From: a virus
Direction: 5' to 3' (one strand)
IMG/VR virus record: IMGVR_UViG_3300034092_004324
Location: 14,024 to 78,023 of that record
DNA: 64,000 nt
Each line of letters begins with the position of its first letter. Position 1 is the first letter of the stretch. The position numbers and the translations under genes were made by a program. The notes below the pieces were generated by a model. It was not told the DNA's origin. It saw nothing but the letters and a program-made list of their open reading frames with translations, and searched no databases. Shown piece after piece: positions 38,459 through 47,796 of this stretch.

Positions 38459-38523
38459 TGACCAATACAGGAGTCGAACCCGTTCAATGAAAACATCTTC
38501 TCATTGTTCCACATTAATTGGTC
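38459..38523 (-). ncRNA. aberrant tRNA-like element (collapsed D arm, 9-bp stem in place of the anticodon arm)
   Basis: GACCAAT/ATTGGTC-A; CAATGAGAA-GATG-TTTTCATTG; ACGGG-TTCGACT-CCTGT. Confidence 0.55.
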
Positions 38524-39037
38524 TGGTAAAAAAACCTCATCACTTGTATTCTCTTCTGTTAGAACAGTATAGAGACCTTTGCATGGGTGATGAGGTTTTA
38601 AAATAGGAAGTTTCAAACATGATAATCTTCGCGTTGATTAACACATTCTTCTCCTACCGCATTTCAATGATTTTCATCATTTCAACACTTGATAAATTTG
38701 CAACTTTATCCATTTGGTTCCTCTTATATTCTTGGCTTCCAGATTAACCAATATTCTGAAAGTTGCTGATCATAATAAACCAGCTAAACGTGTGAAATAT
38801 AACACTCGTTTAGTTGTGCTGGTTTTTCGGCTGATCCCTAATGGGATCTGTTAACCCGTTTGCATTTATTTGCATTTAGTGGCGGTGGATTCCTAATGAA
38901 ACCCAATAAATAATCCAAACATTAGCGGAACGGGATATTTTGAATATTGTAAAAAGAAAAAAGAAAAGAAACAACCTCAAGTATAGCATCTTTAGACCGC
39001 AAAGGCGTGGATGGTCATGCATGAAGTTGTTTATTGT

Positions 39038-39391
39038 TTAATCTGCTTTGTAATTAGGTCCATATGGAACCTCTTTCTTTGTTTTAACAGGAGCATCGGT
39101 TAATGCGAACTTATTTGTAAGCATTTCTGAGAAAGACAGTTTGAACAATTCCATGCTGATATTTTTTTTCAATTGATCGAAATCTTTTGAAATATCAATG
39201 TAGTTCTTTAAACTTTCTTTTACATCATTTAACGACATTGTTGTTGCTAAAGGTTTTAACACCTCTAACAGACGAGCATCAACAACTACTAATTCCTTTG
39301 TGTCTTCGACAACATAAGAAAAGTTCTTGATATTTTCGTCGGATTGGTTGGACATTGTTACTAAACGTCCTTTAATGTTAGTTGCAATCAT
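39038..39391 (-). CDS. hypothetical protein
   Basis: 117-aa ORF. Confidence 0.55.
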   Translation of the reverse strand: MIATNIKGRLVTMSNQSDENIKNFSYVVEDTKELVVVDARLLEVLKPLATTMSLNDVKESLKNYIDISKDFDQLKKNISMELFKLSFSEMLTNKFALTDAPVKTKKEVPYGPNYKAD

Positions 39392-39830
39392 TTCTTTATG
39401 AGTTATATTGTTATTGATTTATGATTTCACATTTGGGAATAAAAAACAACCTCAAGTTTTACCAGTTACAATGTAGGTGCACGTTTTCATGTCCTAATTG
39501 ATTATTACTGTAACTCAAGGTTGTTTTTGATTTAATTGTACAAGAACAATCCCAAGAAAGTTTTTGTTTTTGCTGCCTGACTTCTCTGTTTAGAGCTTCT
39601 GAGGAACATCCTCAACGTGTGTTAGCGCACACTTCTGTTTGTTTTGCATCTTTTTTAATGATGATATGCTTGATTATTCATTGATTGAATGAATATTGAA
39701 TTATAAATGTTATCATAATTCAGTATTAACTCAAAAATCATGCTGATATCGTTAAATTATGCAGATAATCCCTTAAAAAAAACAAATCTCGCTGATATCG
39801 TTAATAAGATATAAAGCGATAAAATGAAAT

Positions 39831-39858
39831 AAAAAGAGTGTATTTCTACACTCTTTTT
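39831..39858. terminator. intrinsic terminator-like hairpin
   Basis: aaaaagagtg-tatttcta-cactcttttt, downstream of ORF 39897-40223. Confidence 0.6.
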
Positions 39859-39896
39859 GGTTAGGTTTACAATTAGGAAAGGAAAGGGAGGGTTTT

Positions 39897-40223
39897 TTAC
39901 GCCCCTACTTTTGGCGCTTTAGCTGGTTTTTCAGCTAATTTTTCAACTGACACAACTACGTTAACTGGGCGCTCTTTATAAACGCCTGGCTTTACCGTAA
40001 CGGCTTGACCTTTGCTTTCCATTTCTGGAGTGGCTAAACAGGTATGATTACCTGACAGCTGTACAATTGCAAATTGTTGATTGTCAGATTTTCTTTCGAC
40101 AAGTCTGAACGACTCTATCTTCAATGTAGTTTCTTTCGTAACTACTTTAGATTGAATTATACCAACTTGTACCTCAGGTGCTGCGTTTTTTAGCGCTGCC
40201 ATAGTAGAAAATACATTTTCCAT
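39897..40223 (-). CDS. hypothetical protein
   Basis: 108-aa ORF, Lys/Pro-rich tail. Confidence 0.6.
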   Translation of the reverse strand: MENVFSTMAALKNAAPEVQVGIIQSKVVTKETTLKIESFRLVERKSDNQQFAIVQLSGNHTCLATPEMESKGQAVTVKPGVYKERPVNVVVSVEKLAEKPAKAPKVGA

Positions 40224-40468
40224 GTTATTGAATTTATTTGTTTTTTAGTGTTTGCTGACAGCCGTCGACCGACCGACCGGGCGATTGCGCCAGCAAACTC
40301 AAGGAGGGGATGTTAATTGGGGAGGATCAACCCCTCATATTTTTAAAATGAAAAAAAAAATTTAAAAAAAAATTTTAAAAAAAATAGCCCATAAATTAAT
40401 ATGAGCTATTTAATAAGAGGTCAATCCTAAGCGCCCTGTTCAAATGAGAAGGGGGATTGACATGTTAC

Positions 40469-41137
40469 TTACTTTTCAATAGAGATCAAAACGCCTTTTT
40501 CAATTACATAGGTTCCACCTTCAGTTGTAATTTTAGCAGATTCGTTTTTAGAACCAAGAGCTAATAGTTTACCTTTGTATGGTTCAAGATCGTTTAACAT
40601 TGTTTCGTGAGTAATGTCATACTTTGCTAATAGTTTTGGGTTGTATTCAACCCCGTAAATTGTTTCCATAATTTTAATTTTTAATATTCGTTTTAATTGT
40701 TTTGTTTGTACTTCACTTAGTTTTGAAATATTAATTTCAAAAACATCTCCAACTTTTGGGTTACCTGTTAATAGTCTATATTCTATGTTATTTTTTTCTA
40801 ATAATGTTTTTATCAAATCATTTTGTTTATCTATACTTAAATTTGTATCTAGTAATAAAATTTCATTATTAGTACTTGTAACAATAGAAAATGGTGATTT
40901 AGTTGTAAGAGTATAATCTATGTATTTATTATTTTCAAAATTGTAACAATACCCGTTAATAGAATCAGTAAATGTAATTGGGATGCTAAACTTATAATTG
41001 TTGTGTAAATTACTTGATGCTTTAGTACAGAGATCTTCAAGATCAAATAAATCATCGATTACTCGTTGTACTTCTATACCCTGTGACTCTAATAGTTTAG
41101 TATCAAATTCGAGTCCGTAAATAAATAGCTTTGCCAT
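40469..41137 (-). CDS. hypothetical protein
   Basis: 222 aa; internal repeat (IYGLEFDTKLL vs IYGVEYNPKLL). Confidence 0.6.
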   Translation of the reverse strand: MAKLFIYGLEFDTKLLESQGIEVQRVIDDLFDLEDLCTKASSNLHNNYKFSIPITFTDSINGYCYNFENNKYIDYTLTTKSPFSIVTSTNNEILLLDTNLSIDKQNDLIKTLLEKNNIEYRLLTGNPKVGDVFEINISKLSEVQTKQLKRILKIKIMETIYGVEYNPKLLAKYDITHETMLNDLEPYKGKLLALGSKNESAKITTEGGTYVIEKGVLISIEK

Positions 41138-41239
41138 GTTTTTGGTTTAAATGGTTTCCCTTGTTAATAATACACCCTTCCTTATGTGATTTAGTGGCTT
41201 CAACTTCTTTGTTGTAGCTTTGTTTGCTTTACAACACCG

Positions 41240-41275
41240 CAAAGGTACAAAAAATTTTTGACATTTTTATACAAA
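41240..41275 (-). promoter_or_regulatory. Bacteroidota-type promoter
   Basis: TTTG...ATGTCAAAAA...TACCTTTG. Confidence 0.6.
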
Positions 41276-41293
41276 CTTGAAAAATTTTTATTT

Positions 41294-42010
41294 TTATTGT
41301 ACAATGTTTTTTTCAACTATTTTATAACCAGTACGTTTATGATATCCATTAGAATTCAATAATTGTCTTATTCTTTCTACGCTGACTTTTAAAAATAAGC
41401 CACATTCTTTTCTTGTTTTAAATGTATATTTTAAAACACCTTGTTTATACACTTCATATAATTTTATATTTGTTTTTTTTATTTCAAAATTTGATGTGTA
41501 ATTTTTCCAAGATTTTATAATTAAAAAGTTATTTTCATAAAATGACCTAGTTACCATTCTGTATCTTTGATTATTAAATCTAAATATACTTGGAGTATTT
41601 AATCTCCTATAATCTAATCTTGTTATTTGTAAATGATTAATCGCAGCATAAGATGACTCAAATTTCCAAACAATATTACCATGTAAATCTAAAACAAAAG
41701 TTTCTACACGTTGTATTTCAGAACCACCTTTTCCAGCTATTTTTAATAAATTATATAAATTTTTAGAATCAATATTATCAAGATAATATTGTTCTCTTTG
41801 GATTAGGTTTTCTTTAGAACATTCTTCTATTACTTTGTAAATAAAATTATGCTTACCGTATTTATTATAAGCATTCTGTAACTTTTTATTATTGTGTTTA
41901 TTATGTTTTAATTCAGTACGATGTTGTTGCCACCTTCTTTGAATATTAGTTGAACTACCTAAATAACATTTATTATTTAGTTTGTTCGTAATTGTGTATA
42001 TACCAATCAT
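41294..42010 (-). CDS. free-standing GIY-YIG homing endonuclease
   Basis: MIGIYTITNKLNNKCYLGSS, RWQQH, LQNAYNKYG, REQYYLD. Confidence 0.9.
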   Translation of the reverse strand: MIGIYTITNKLNNKCYLGSSTNIQRRWQQHRTELKHNKHNNKKLQNAYNKYGKHNFIYKVIEECSKENLIQREQYYLDNIDSKNLYNLLKIAGKGGSEIQRVETFVLDLHGNIVWKFESSYAAINHLQITRLDYRRLNTPSIFRFNNQRYRMVTRSFYENNFLIIKSWKNYTSNFEIKKTNIKLYEVYKQGVLKYTFKTRKECGLFLKVSVERIRQLLNSNGYHKRTGYKIVEKNIVQ

Positions 42011-42028
42011 ATAATCGTTTTTTTTTTA

Positions 42029-42146
42029 CAAATATACAAAAACTTTTTGACATATGCAAATATTTTTTAAATTTTTTTTCTAATAATTTTTGTTAGATTA
42101 TTTTTTCAATAAAATTTGTGTATGTCAAAAATTATATGTATCTTTG
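42029..42146. promoter_or_regulatory. divergent pair of Bacteroidota-type promoters at the strand switch
   Basis: Minus: TTTGCATATGTCAAAAAGTTTTTGTATATTTG (42060-42029). Plus: TTTGTGTATGTCAAAAATTATATGTATCTTTG (42115-42146). Confidence 0.75.
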
Positions 42147-42172
42147 TGAGAAATTATAAAGAAGGTTGTTAT

Positions 42173-42406
42173 ATGGCAAATAGAAAAATTATTGTAAATC
42201 AAACTGGTTCAAAGGAATCAGTGCAAACTGAAAAAGGAGTTAAGGAATATTCTGTTATTGAAGGTACAGTTGGTAAAGAAGTTACTGAAATACTAGCTGA
42301 AATAAATACACCAGAGAAGAGAGCAATTAATCAAAGTTATGTGTTTCTTCCTTCTCCGTTTATGTTTTTTCATAATTTGTTAACTAAGAAGAAAAAGAAA
42401 TGCTGA
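42173..42406 (+). CDS. hypothetical protein
   Basis: ATG (MANRKI) downstream of the promoter; the track start at 42116 lies inside the promoter. Confidence 0.55.
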   Translation: MANRKIIVNQTGSKESVQTEKGVKEYSVIEGTVGKEVTEILAEINTPEKRAINQSYVFLPSPFMFFHNLLTKKKKKC

Positions 42407-43017
42407 ACTCGAAAAGTAAAATAAGTAATTTCTTTATAGGACTTTTTATTGTAACATCTCCTTTAGCACAGTGTCTTAATGACAATTGTGAAACACCTGA
42501 GCAGTTAACGTTACCTGTTGTTGTTAATGGATGTAACTTTGATTGTACACAGGATATACAAGATGAGACATTACCTAATAACTTTACATGTTCATATCAT
42601 AATTATAATCAGTGGTATAGCTTTGATCTTACAGAGGATACGTTTCTTTGTGTTAGTTTAGAATCTGATTACAATCTTGATGGGGCTATTTATACTGCTA
42701 ATGGATATAATGAGGGGATACAGTTCTTTATTTATACAAGTTGTCAAGATATGATATTTGGTACTAATTGTTATTGGATGTCTGATGTTGAGACGAGTAT
42801 TATTAATTTTGATCCATCAGTTACTGAATGGGATGTTACTGTTGTTTTACCAGCAGGACAGTATATATTTGAGGTAGATGGTTTTGGTTGGTCTACTGGT
42901 TGTTTTGAATTGATACTGTGTGGTGAGAATTTGTTAGGTATGACAGTTGAGGAATACAAACTATTTAAACAAAATAAAATGTTAAACTATGACATATTAG
43001 GGAGGAGAATACGATGA
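42400..43017 (+). CDS. secreted Cys-rich protein with T9SS-CTD-like tail
   Basis: Signal peptide; AQCLNDNC; C-terminal YDILGRRIR. Confidence 0.55.
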   Translation: MLNSKSKISNFFIGLFIVTSPLAQCLNDNCETPEQLTLPVVVNGCNFDCTQDIQDETLPNNFTCSYHNYNQWYSFDLTEDTFLCVSLESDYNLDGAIYTANGYNEGIQFFIYTSCQDMIFGTNCYWMSDVETSIINFDPSVTEWDVTVVLPAGQYIFEVDGFGWSTGCFELILCGENLLGMTVEEYKLFKQNKMLNYDILGRRIR

Positions 43018-43301
43018 ATATGATAGATGAGTATTTGAAGGAACTTGAGTTGATTATGGAAGAAAAACAAAAGACTCAAGAGTTGAATCCAGACTATAGG
43101 ATATATGTTGTTTGGAAGACAAGTAGGTATATTAAACATATTTATGTTACAGGTATGTTTAAAGATGCTGCTGAAATGGAAGAAGTTGGTTTACATAAAG
43201 GGTATAGGAAACTATTAGCTTTAACACCAAGAGGAACTAAAGAGTTAAAAAAGATGGGCTTTAGTTCTAAAGAAATAAATGAACGTTATGAAACAAATTA
43301 A
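43014..43301 (+). CDS. hypothetical protein
   Basis: ORF track. Confidence 0.55.
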   Translation: MNMIDEYLKELELIMEEKQKTQELNPDYRIYVVWKTSRYIKHIYVTGMFKDAAEMEEVGLHKGYRKLLALTPRGTKELKKMGFSSKEINERYETN

Positions 43302-43656
43302 GTTAAATATTCCTATTGGTCAAAGTCAAACAGATGTGTATTTGATGTATTTGAAGATTACGAATATTTTCAATCCATTGACTACAAGGGAACAAGAATT
43401 ATTAGCTTACATTATGTATTATAATGAGCTGTATTCTAATATTGATTCTGAGTTAAGGAAGAGAATACTTTTTGATTATGATACGAAGGTTGAAATAAGA
43501 GAGAAGATGAATATATCAGAAGCTAACTTTAATAATTTAATTAGTAATTTGAAGAAGAAAGGTGTTATTGTTAATGACAATTTACATAAGGCTTATGATG
43601 TTCTATTTGATGATAAGAGTGAAATGGTATTAAAATTTTTCAAACATGACAGTTAG
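43288..43656 (+). CDS. putative HTH DNA-binding protein
   Basis: LTTREQELLA...IREKMNISEANFNNLISNLKKKGVI. Confidence 0.6.
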   Translation: MKQIKLNIPIGQSQTDVYLMYLKITNIFNPLTTREQELLAYIMYYNELYSNIDSELRKRILFDYDTKVEIREKMNISEANFNNLISNLKKKGVIVNDNLHKAYDVLFDDKSEMVLKFFKHDS

Positions 43657-43927
43657 TGTTAGCTTTTTAAGAACTAATGCTATAATTAAAGATATGTCTC
43701 TTAGGTATAATATACCAAAGAAAGATATTGAAGAGATGTTAACTTTGTATTATAGGCAAATTAAGGAAGTAATTGAATCTGGTGAAAAAGATAATCCAGA
43801 TAGTTTTAAGAACATTATGATACCTAATTTTGGTAAGATATATTGTTCTAAGATTAAGATTGAAAAAATGATTTATTACAAACAATTAAAAAAACAAAAA
43901 GATGAGAGCGAAAGTTTACAGGATTAA
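43646..43927 (+). CDS. IHF/HU-like DNA-binding protein
   Basis: IIKDMS.RYNIPKKDIEE...NIMIPNFGKI. Confidence 0.7.
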   Translation: MTVSVSFLRTNAIIKDMSLRYNIPKKDIEEMLTLYYRQIKEVIESGEKDNPDSFKNIMIPNFGKIYCSKIKIEKMIYYKQLKKQKDESESLQD

Positions 43928-44192
43928 AGATGATGAAGAAGTTACTGAGGAAATTGAAAGATGTAAAGATTTAGGTTTGAGGAATTATGGTGATAGAATT
44001 GCTGAATTAGAAGAACAACTTAGAGAGGAAGTAGATATTACATTTGATGAGACTGATGTTGCTTGGATGATTGTATTTGTTTCTGATAAGATTAAAAAGA
44101 AAATTATATCAATTGGTTTAAAGAGTGGATTTGAAGCTGATTTAGTTTATAGTAAAAAGGTTGAAGATCGTATTAATGAAATTTTATCATAA
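43902..44192 (+). CDS. hypothetical protein
   Basis: ORF track. Confidence 0.55.
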   Translation: MRAKVYRIKDDEEVTEEIERCKDLGLRNYGDRIAELEEQLREEVDITFDETDVAWMIVFVSDKIKKKIISIGLKSGFEADLVYSKKVEDRINEILS

Positions 44193-44557
44193 TGGAAAGT
44201 GTATTTAAGGATGATGAATTTGTAGAAATTCCTAATGGTGACAAAGTTCATCGTATTAGGAAAAGTAACAAACCTCAAAGATTTGAGGATGAAAGTAAAG
44301 AGGATTACAAGATTAGAATGAAAGTGATGGACCAGTATTTAAAACATATGAAGAAAGGTAAGTTCTTTCATATATCTTGTTTTTTAACACCTTTGATGAC
44401 AAATGATGGAACTATACTTACTGGGGTTAAAGGTGAACCGATTTATAATGGTAAAACAAAAGGTGTTTCTTTTGTAAAGAAAGAAATGTCAGGAGAACAT
44501 AAGGAAATAGTAGAACAAATAAAAACAATTATTGAACATGGAAAAGAAGATAAATAA
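44192..44557 (+). CDS. hypothetical protein
   Basis: ORF track. Confidence 0.55.
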   Translation: MESVFKDDEFVEIPNGDKVHRIRKSNKPQRFEDESKEDYKIRMKVMDQYLKHMKKGKFFHISCFLTPLMTNDGTILTGVKGEPIYNGKTKGVSFVKKEMSGEHKEIVEQIKTIIEHGKEDK

Positions 44558-44897
44558 TTTGCTTTCGGTTGAAGAAGCTAAAGAAATAGCTACCTCGAAA
44601 GTAAAAGCCTTGACTGGCGACTCACTTATGATTTATTTTAAAAGTAAAAGTGAAGAAGAGGATCTACCACCTCAGTTGATTGGATCATCTGAAGGAGAAA
44701 AGGTATTGGACTTTGATATTACAAAAGATGGTGTTGAAGTTTTGATGGTTGGTCCTAACTGTAAGAATATTAAGGAAGGAGATAAAGTTTTAGTTTATGC
44801 TCAGGCTATGATGTCTGGACAGTTTACAGCCTTACCGATTGGTGAGATCACTGTCCTTCTTCTACGTGAACCAACAGTTATGTTAATTTTAAACTAA
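44532..44897 (+). CDS. groES: co-chaperonin GroES-like protein
   Basis: EVLMVGPNCKNIKEGDKVLV; immediately upstream of GroEL. Confidence 0.75.
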   Translation: MNMEKKINNLLSVEEAKEIATSKVKALTGDSLMIYFKSKSEEEDLPPQLIGSSEGEKVLDFDITKDGVEVLMVGPNCKNIKEGDKVLVYAQAMMSGQFTALPIGEITVLLLREPTVMLILN

Positions 44898-44904
44898 GAG
44901 CAAA

Positions 44905-46563
44905 ATGATTAAAGGAACTATTTTTGGAAGTGAAGCAAGACTTAAATTGAAGACAGGCGTTGATACGTTAGCTAATGCAGTTAAGGTAACGCTTGGTCCT
45001 CAAGGAAGAAATGTAATTATTGATAAGAACTTCATTACGCCACACATTACAAAGGATGGTGTAACAGTTGCTTCTGAGATTACATTAGAAGATCGTATAG
45101 AAAATATAGCTTGTTCTATGTTGAAAGATATAGCTAAAAAGACAGCTGATGAAGCTGGTGATGGAACTACTACTGCAACAGTATTAGCACAGGCTATTTT
45201 TGATGAAGGTTTAAAGCAGTTAGTTAATACTAATAGTATTGAATTAAAGACTGGAATGAATCTTGCTCTGTATGATGTTGTTAGAATGATAAAAAATAAA
45301 GCAGAGAGTATTTCAACAAGACAAGAACTGGAACATGTAGCTATGATATCAGCAAATAATGATGTTGAAATAGCTTCAAGAGTTGCTGATATATTTGAGA
45401 GAATTGGTAAAAATGGTATTATTCAAGTAAATAAGAATAATGATGAAAATGTAACAAGTTATGATTTTAGCAAAGGTATGAAATATGACTGTGGTTATAT
45501 TGATCAAATCTTTGCAACTGATTTAGAAAAGCAAGAAAGTATTTTAATTAATCCTTTGGTGTTTATTACTAATGAGAAGTTGACGCATTTTGAACCATTG
45601 ATGCCTTTTGCTAAAGTAGCTGTTGAACAAAAAAGACCTTTACTGATTATAGCTGATGAAATTACTGGTCATGCTAAAGCTGCTTTAATAGCTAATTATA
45701 AGGAGAATAATTTGAAGGTATGTGCAGTATTCCCACCTGGTATTGCTAATCAACGAAAAGAGCTTTTAGAGGACATTGCATGTATTACTAAAACTACAAT
45801 CGTAGGTGATGCTTATGGTTATCCTTTTCATAGAGCTGCTGATAAAGCTAAACTATTCTTAGGTTCATGTGGACAGGTTGTTGTTACAAGAAGTAATACG
45901 ACGTTTATTGATCCAGTTATTTCAGAGGAAGATCTTAATAAGCGAATTGCTGAGATTGAATCTCATAAAGATTTGAATGACAAACATAAATTGATTCAAG
46001 CTAAGTTTGATAAACGTATCGCTACTTTAAAGGAGAATGTCGCTACATTGAATGTTGGAGGTTTTACTGAACTTGAAGTAAAGGAGAAGAAAGATAGGTA
46101 CGACGATGCTATATGTGCTGTACGTGCTGCTCTTGAAGAAGGTGTTGTTCCTGGTGGTGGTTTTTCTTATTTAGCAGTTGCTAAGTTTTTAGAAAACAGT
46201 AAACCAGAGTTTAAAAACTCACACCAAGAGAAAGGTTATAACATTGTACTTGAAGCTATTAAAGTACCGTTTAAACAGATTGCTGACAACTGTGGAGTAG
46301 ATTATAGTTTTATTGAAGGTTTAGTAGATTATGATTTTGAGAATAATAAAGGTTATGACTTTAGAAATAGACAAGTTGTTGATGATATGATTAAATATGG
46401 TATTGTTGACCCTGCTAAAGTTACACGTATAGCTATCGAAAATGCAGTATCTATTGCAGGTTTGATGTTAACAACAGAAGCAATAGTGTTTAACAAACTT
46501 AATGAAAATGATTTAGCAAACATTCAGAGAGGTAAGGACGTTGCTGGTAAAACTTTTGAATAA
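44905..46563 (+). CDS. groEL: chaperonin GroEL
   Basis: AVKVTLGPQGRNV, TKDGVTVA, AGDGTTTATVLAQ, EEGVVPGGG, GIVDPAKVTR. Confidence 0.97.
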   Translation: MIKGTIFGSEARLKLKTGVDTLANAVKVTLGPQGRNVIIDKNFITPHITKDGVTVASEITLEDRIENIACSMLKDIAKKTADEAGDGTTTATVLAQAIFDEGLKQLVNTNSIELKTGMNLALYDVVRMIKNKAESISTRQELEHVAMISANNDVEIASRVADIFERIGKNGIIQVNKNNDENVTSYDFSKGMKYDCGYIDQIFATDLEKQESILINPLVFITNEKLTHFEPLMPFAKVAVEQKRPLLIIADEITGHAKAALIANYKENNLKVCAVFPPGIANQRKELLEDIACITKTTIVGDAYGYPFHRAADKAKLFLGSCGQVVVTRSNTTFIDPVISEEDLNKRIAEIESHKDLNDKHKLIQAKFDKRIATLKENVATLNVGGFTELEVKEKKDRYDDAICAVRAALEEGVVPGGGFSYLAVAKFLENSKPEFKNSHQEKGYNIVLEAIKVPFKQIADNCGVDYSFIEGLVDYDFENNKGYDFRNRQVVDDMIKYGIVDPAKVTRIAIENAVSIAGLMLTTEAIVFNKLNENDLANIQRGKDVAGKTFE

Positions 46564-46712
46564 TGACACATGATGTAATATGCCCAGGTTGTGGTGAATC
46601 AGTACCACTTGATGTATTAGATATACACCTTGAATATGAATGTATTAATAATTTAAGTAAAGAAAAATTTAAAAGAAAATCTAAAACAGATGTCGATAAT
46701 AAAAACGTTTGA
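46563..46712 (+). CDS. small zinc-finger protein (49 aa, not in ORF track)
   Basis: MTHDVICPGCGESVPLDVLDIHLEYEC; coupled to the groEL stop (TAATG). Confidence 0.6.
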   Translation: MTHDVICPGCGESVPLDVLDIHLEYECINNLSKEKFKRKSKTDVDNKNV

Positions 46713-47241
46713 TAGTACGCAGAATTTCTGGAAAATGCACCCACAGTTAAAAATGTTGGGTGCATTTAAGGAATTATATACTAATGATCACACAAGAGAT
46801 AAGGAAGCAACTTCACGAGTTATGTGGGCTATTACTTATCTTGTTGATCCTTCACAAGATAACAATTTTAGAAATATTCAAGAAGACGAAAAGAGAGCGT
46901 TACTTGCTAAAGATTTTCTGAAGCAACCTAATTTTGATTGGAATAAATATACTGAAGTAATTGAATTTTTTAAAGATTGTACTTTAACACAAGCTGAAAA
47001 ATCATTAGTTGTTTGGCAAGAGATCATGGCTTTAAGAGATCGTGAATTGAAGTTGTATTATAAGGATGCTTTTGATACAAAAGATATCTCTGTCATAAAA
47101 GAACTTGATACTTTGTTAAAAAACACAGCAGGTTATTATACAGATTATATGAAAATCAAAAAAGAATTTGATACTGAAAGCGATATTAAAAGAGGAAAAG
47201 GTACTAAAATACTTTCAGCAACAGATGCTGGAGAAATATAA
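46690..47241 (+). CDS. conserved crAss-like protein upstream of terminase (possible small terminase)
   Basis: NFW..HPQLK...LY..D..K..SRVMWAI; position before terL. Confidence 0.5.
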   Translation: MSIIKTFDSTQNFWKMHPQLKMLGAFKELYTNDHTRDKEATSRVMWAITYLVDPSQDNNFRNIQEDEKRALLAKDFLKQPNFDWNKYTEVIEFFKDCTLTQAEKSLVVWQEIMALRDRELKLYYKDAFDTKDISVIKELDTLLKNTAGYYTDYMKIKKEFDTESDIKRGKGTKILSATDAGEI

Positions 47242-47253
47242 AAAATAAAAACA

Positions 47254-47796
47254 ATGAAAAATATAAGTAATAATTTATATGCAGTTGCAGCTATTATTGC
47301 AATTGTATTTTTTGTAAGTTGTGAAAAAACAGAAATCGAAGATAGATCTGTTCAGATGAGTACTTCGTTATGTGTTCATGCACCTGAAGATTTAAATTAT
47401 AGGATGTACAGGAAAACTGTTTATGATGGACCAGTTAATATTGTATCTGATGAGTATTTTTCTAATGCAACAACTATGTTGAATTTCAATACTCATTATG
47501 GAAATCAATCACCACTTATTTATGATTTTAATGGTAATCAAATTACAGATGCTTCTGATTTAGCAACTTTGCTGACTGGTTATGGACTTGAACCACCTTA
47601 TAGAGATTTATGTGAGGTAGTTATTGATTTTTACAATTCACATGGTTATCCAAGTTCATATCCAGGTGCTGATTTTGCATTAGTTCATCCAACTACATTT
47701 GATGAGGAAGGCTTAGTTCCTGATACATTAAATACGTTCTGGATTGAATTGATATATGAGGATAGTACTATACGAGAATATTATGCAAGACATTAA
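47254..47796 (+). CDS. lipoprotein with dockerin/EF-hand-like motif
   Basis: FFVS-C lipobox; YDFNGNQITDASDLATLLTGYG. Confidence 0.6.
   Translation: MKNISNNLYAVAAIIAIVFFVSCEKTEIEDRSVQMSTSLCVHAPEDLNYRMYRKTVYDGPVNIVSDEYFSNATTMLNFNTHYGNQSPLIYDFNGNQITDASDLATLLTGYGLEPPYRDLCEVVIDFYNSHGYPSSYPGADFALVHPTTFDEEGLVPDTLNTFWIELIYEDSTIREYYARH

Noticed and set aside
38428-38616. 62-aa ORF
   Set aside because: It has a TTG start and runs through a terminator-like stem and a tRNA-like element; more likely non-coding
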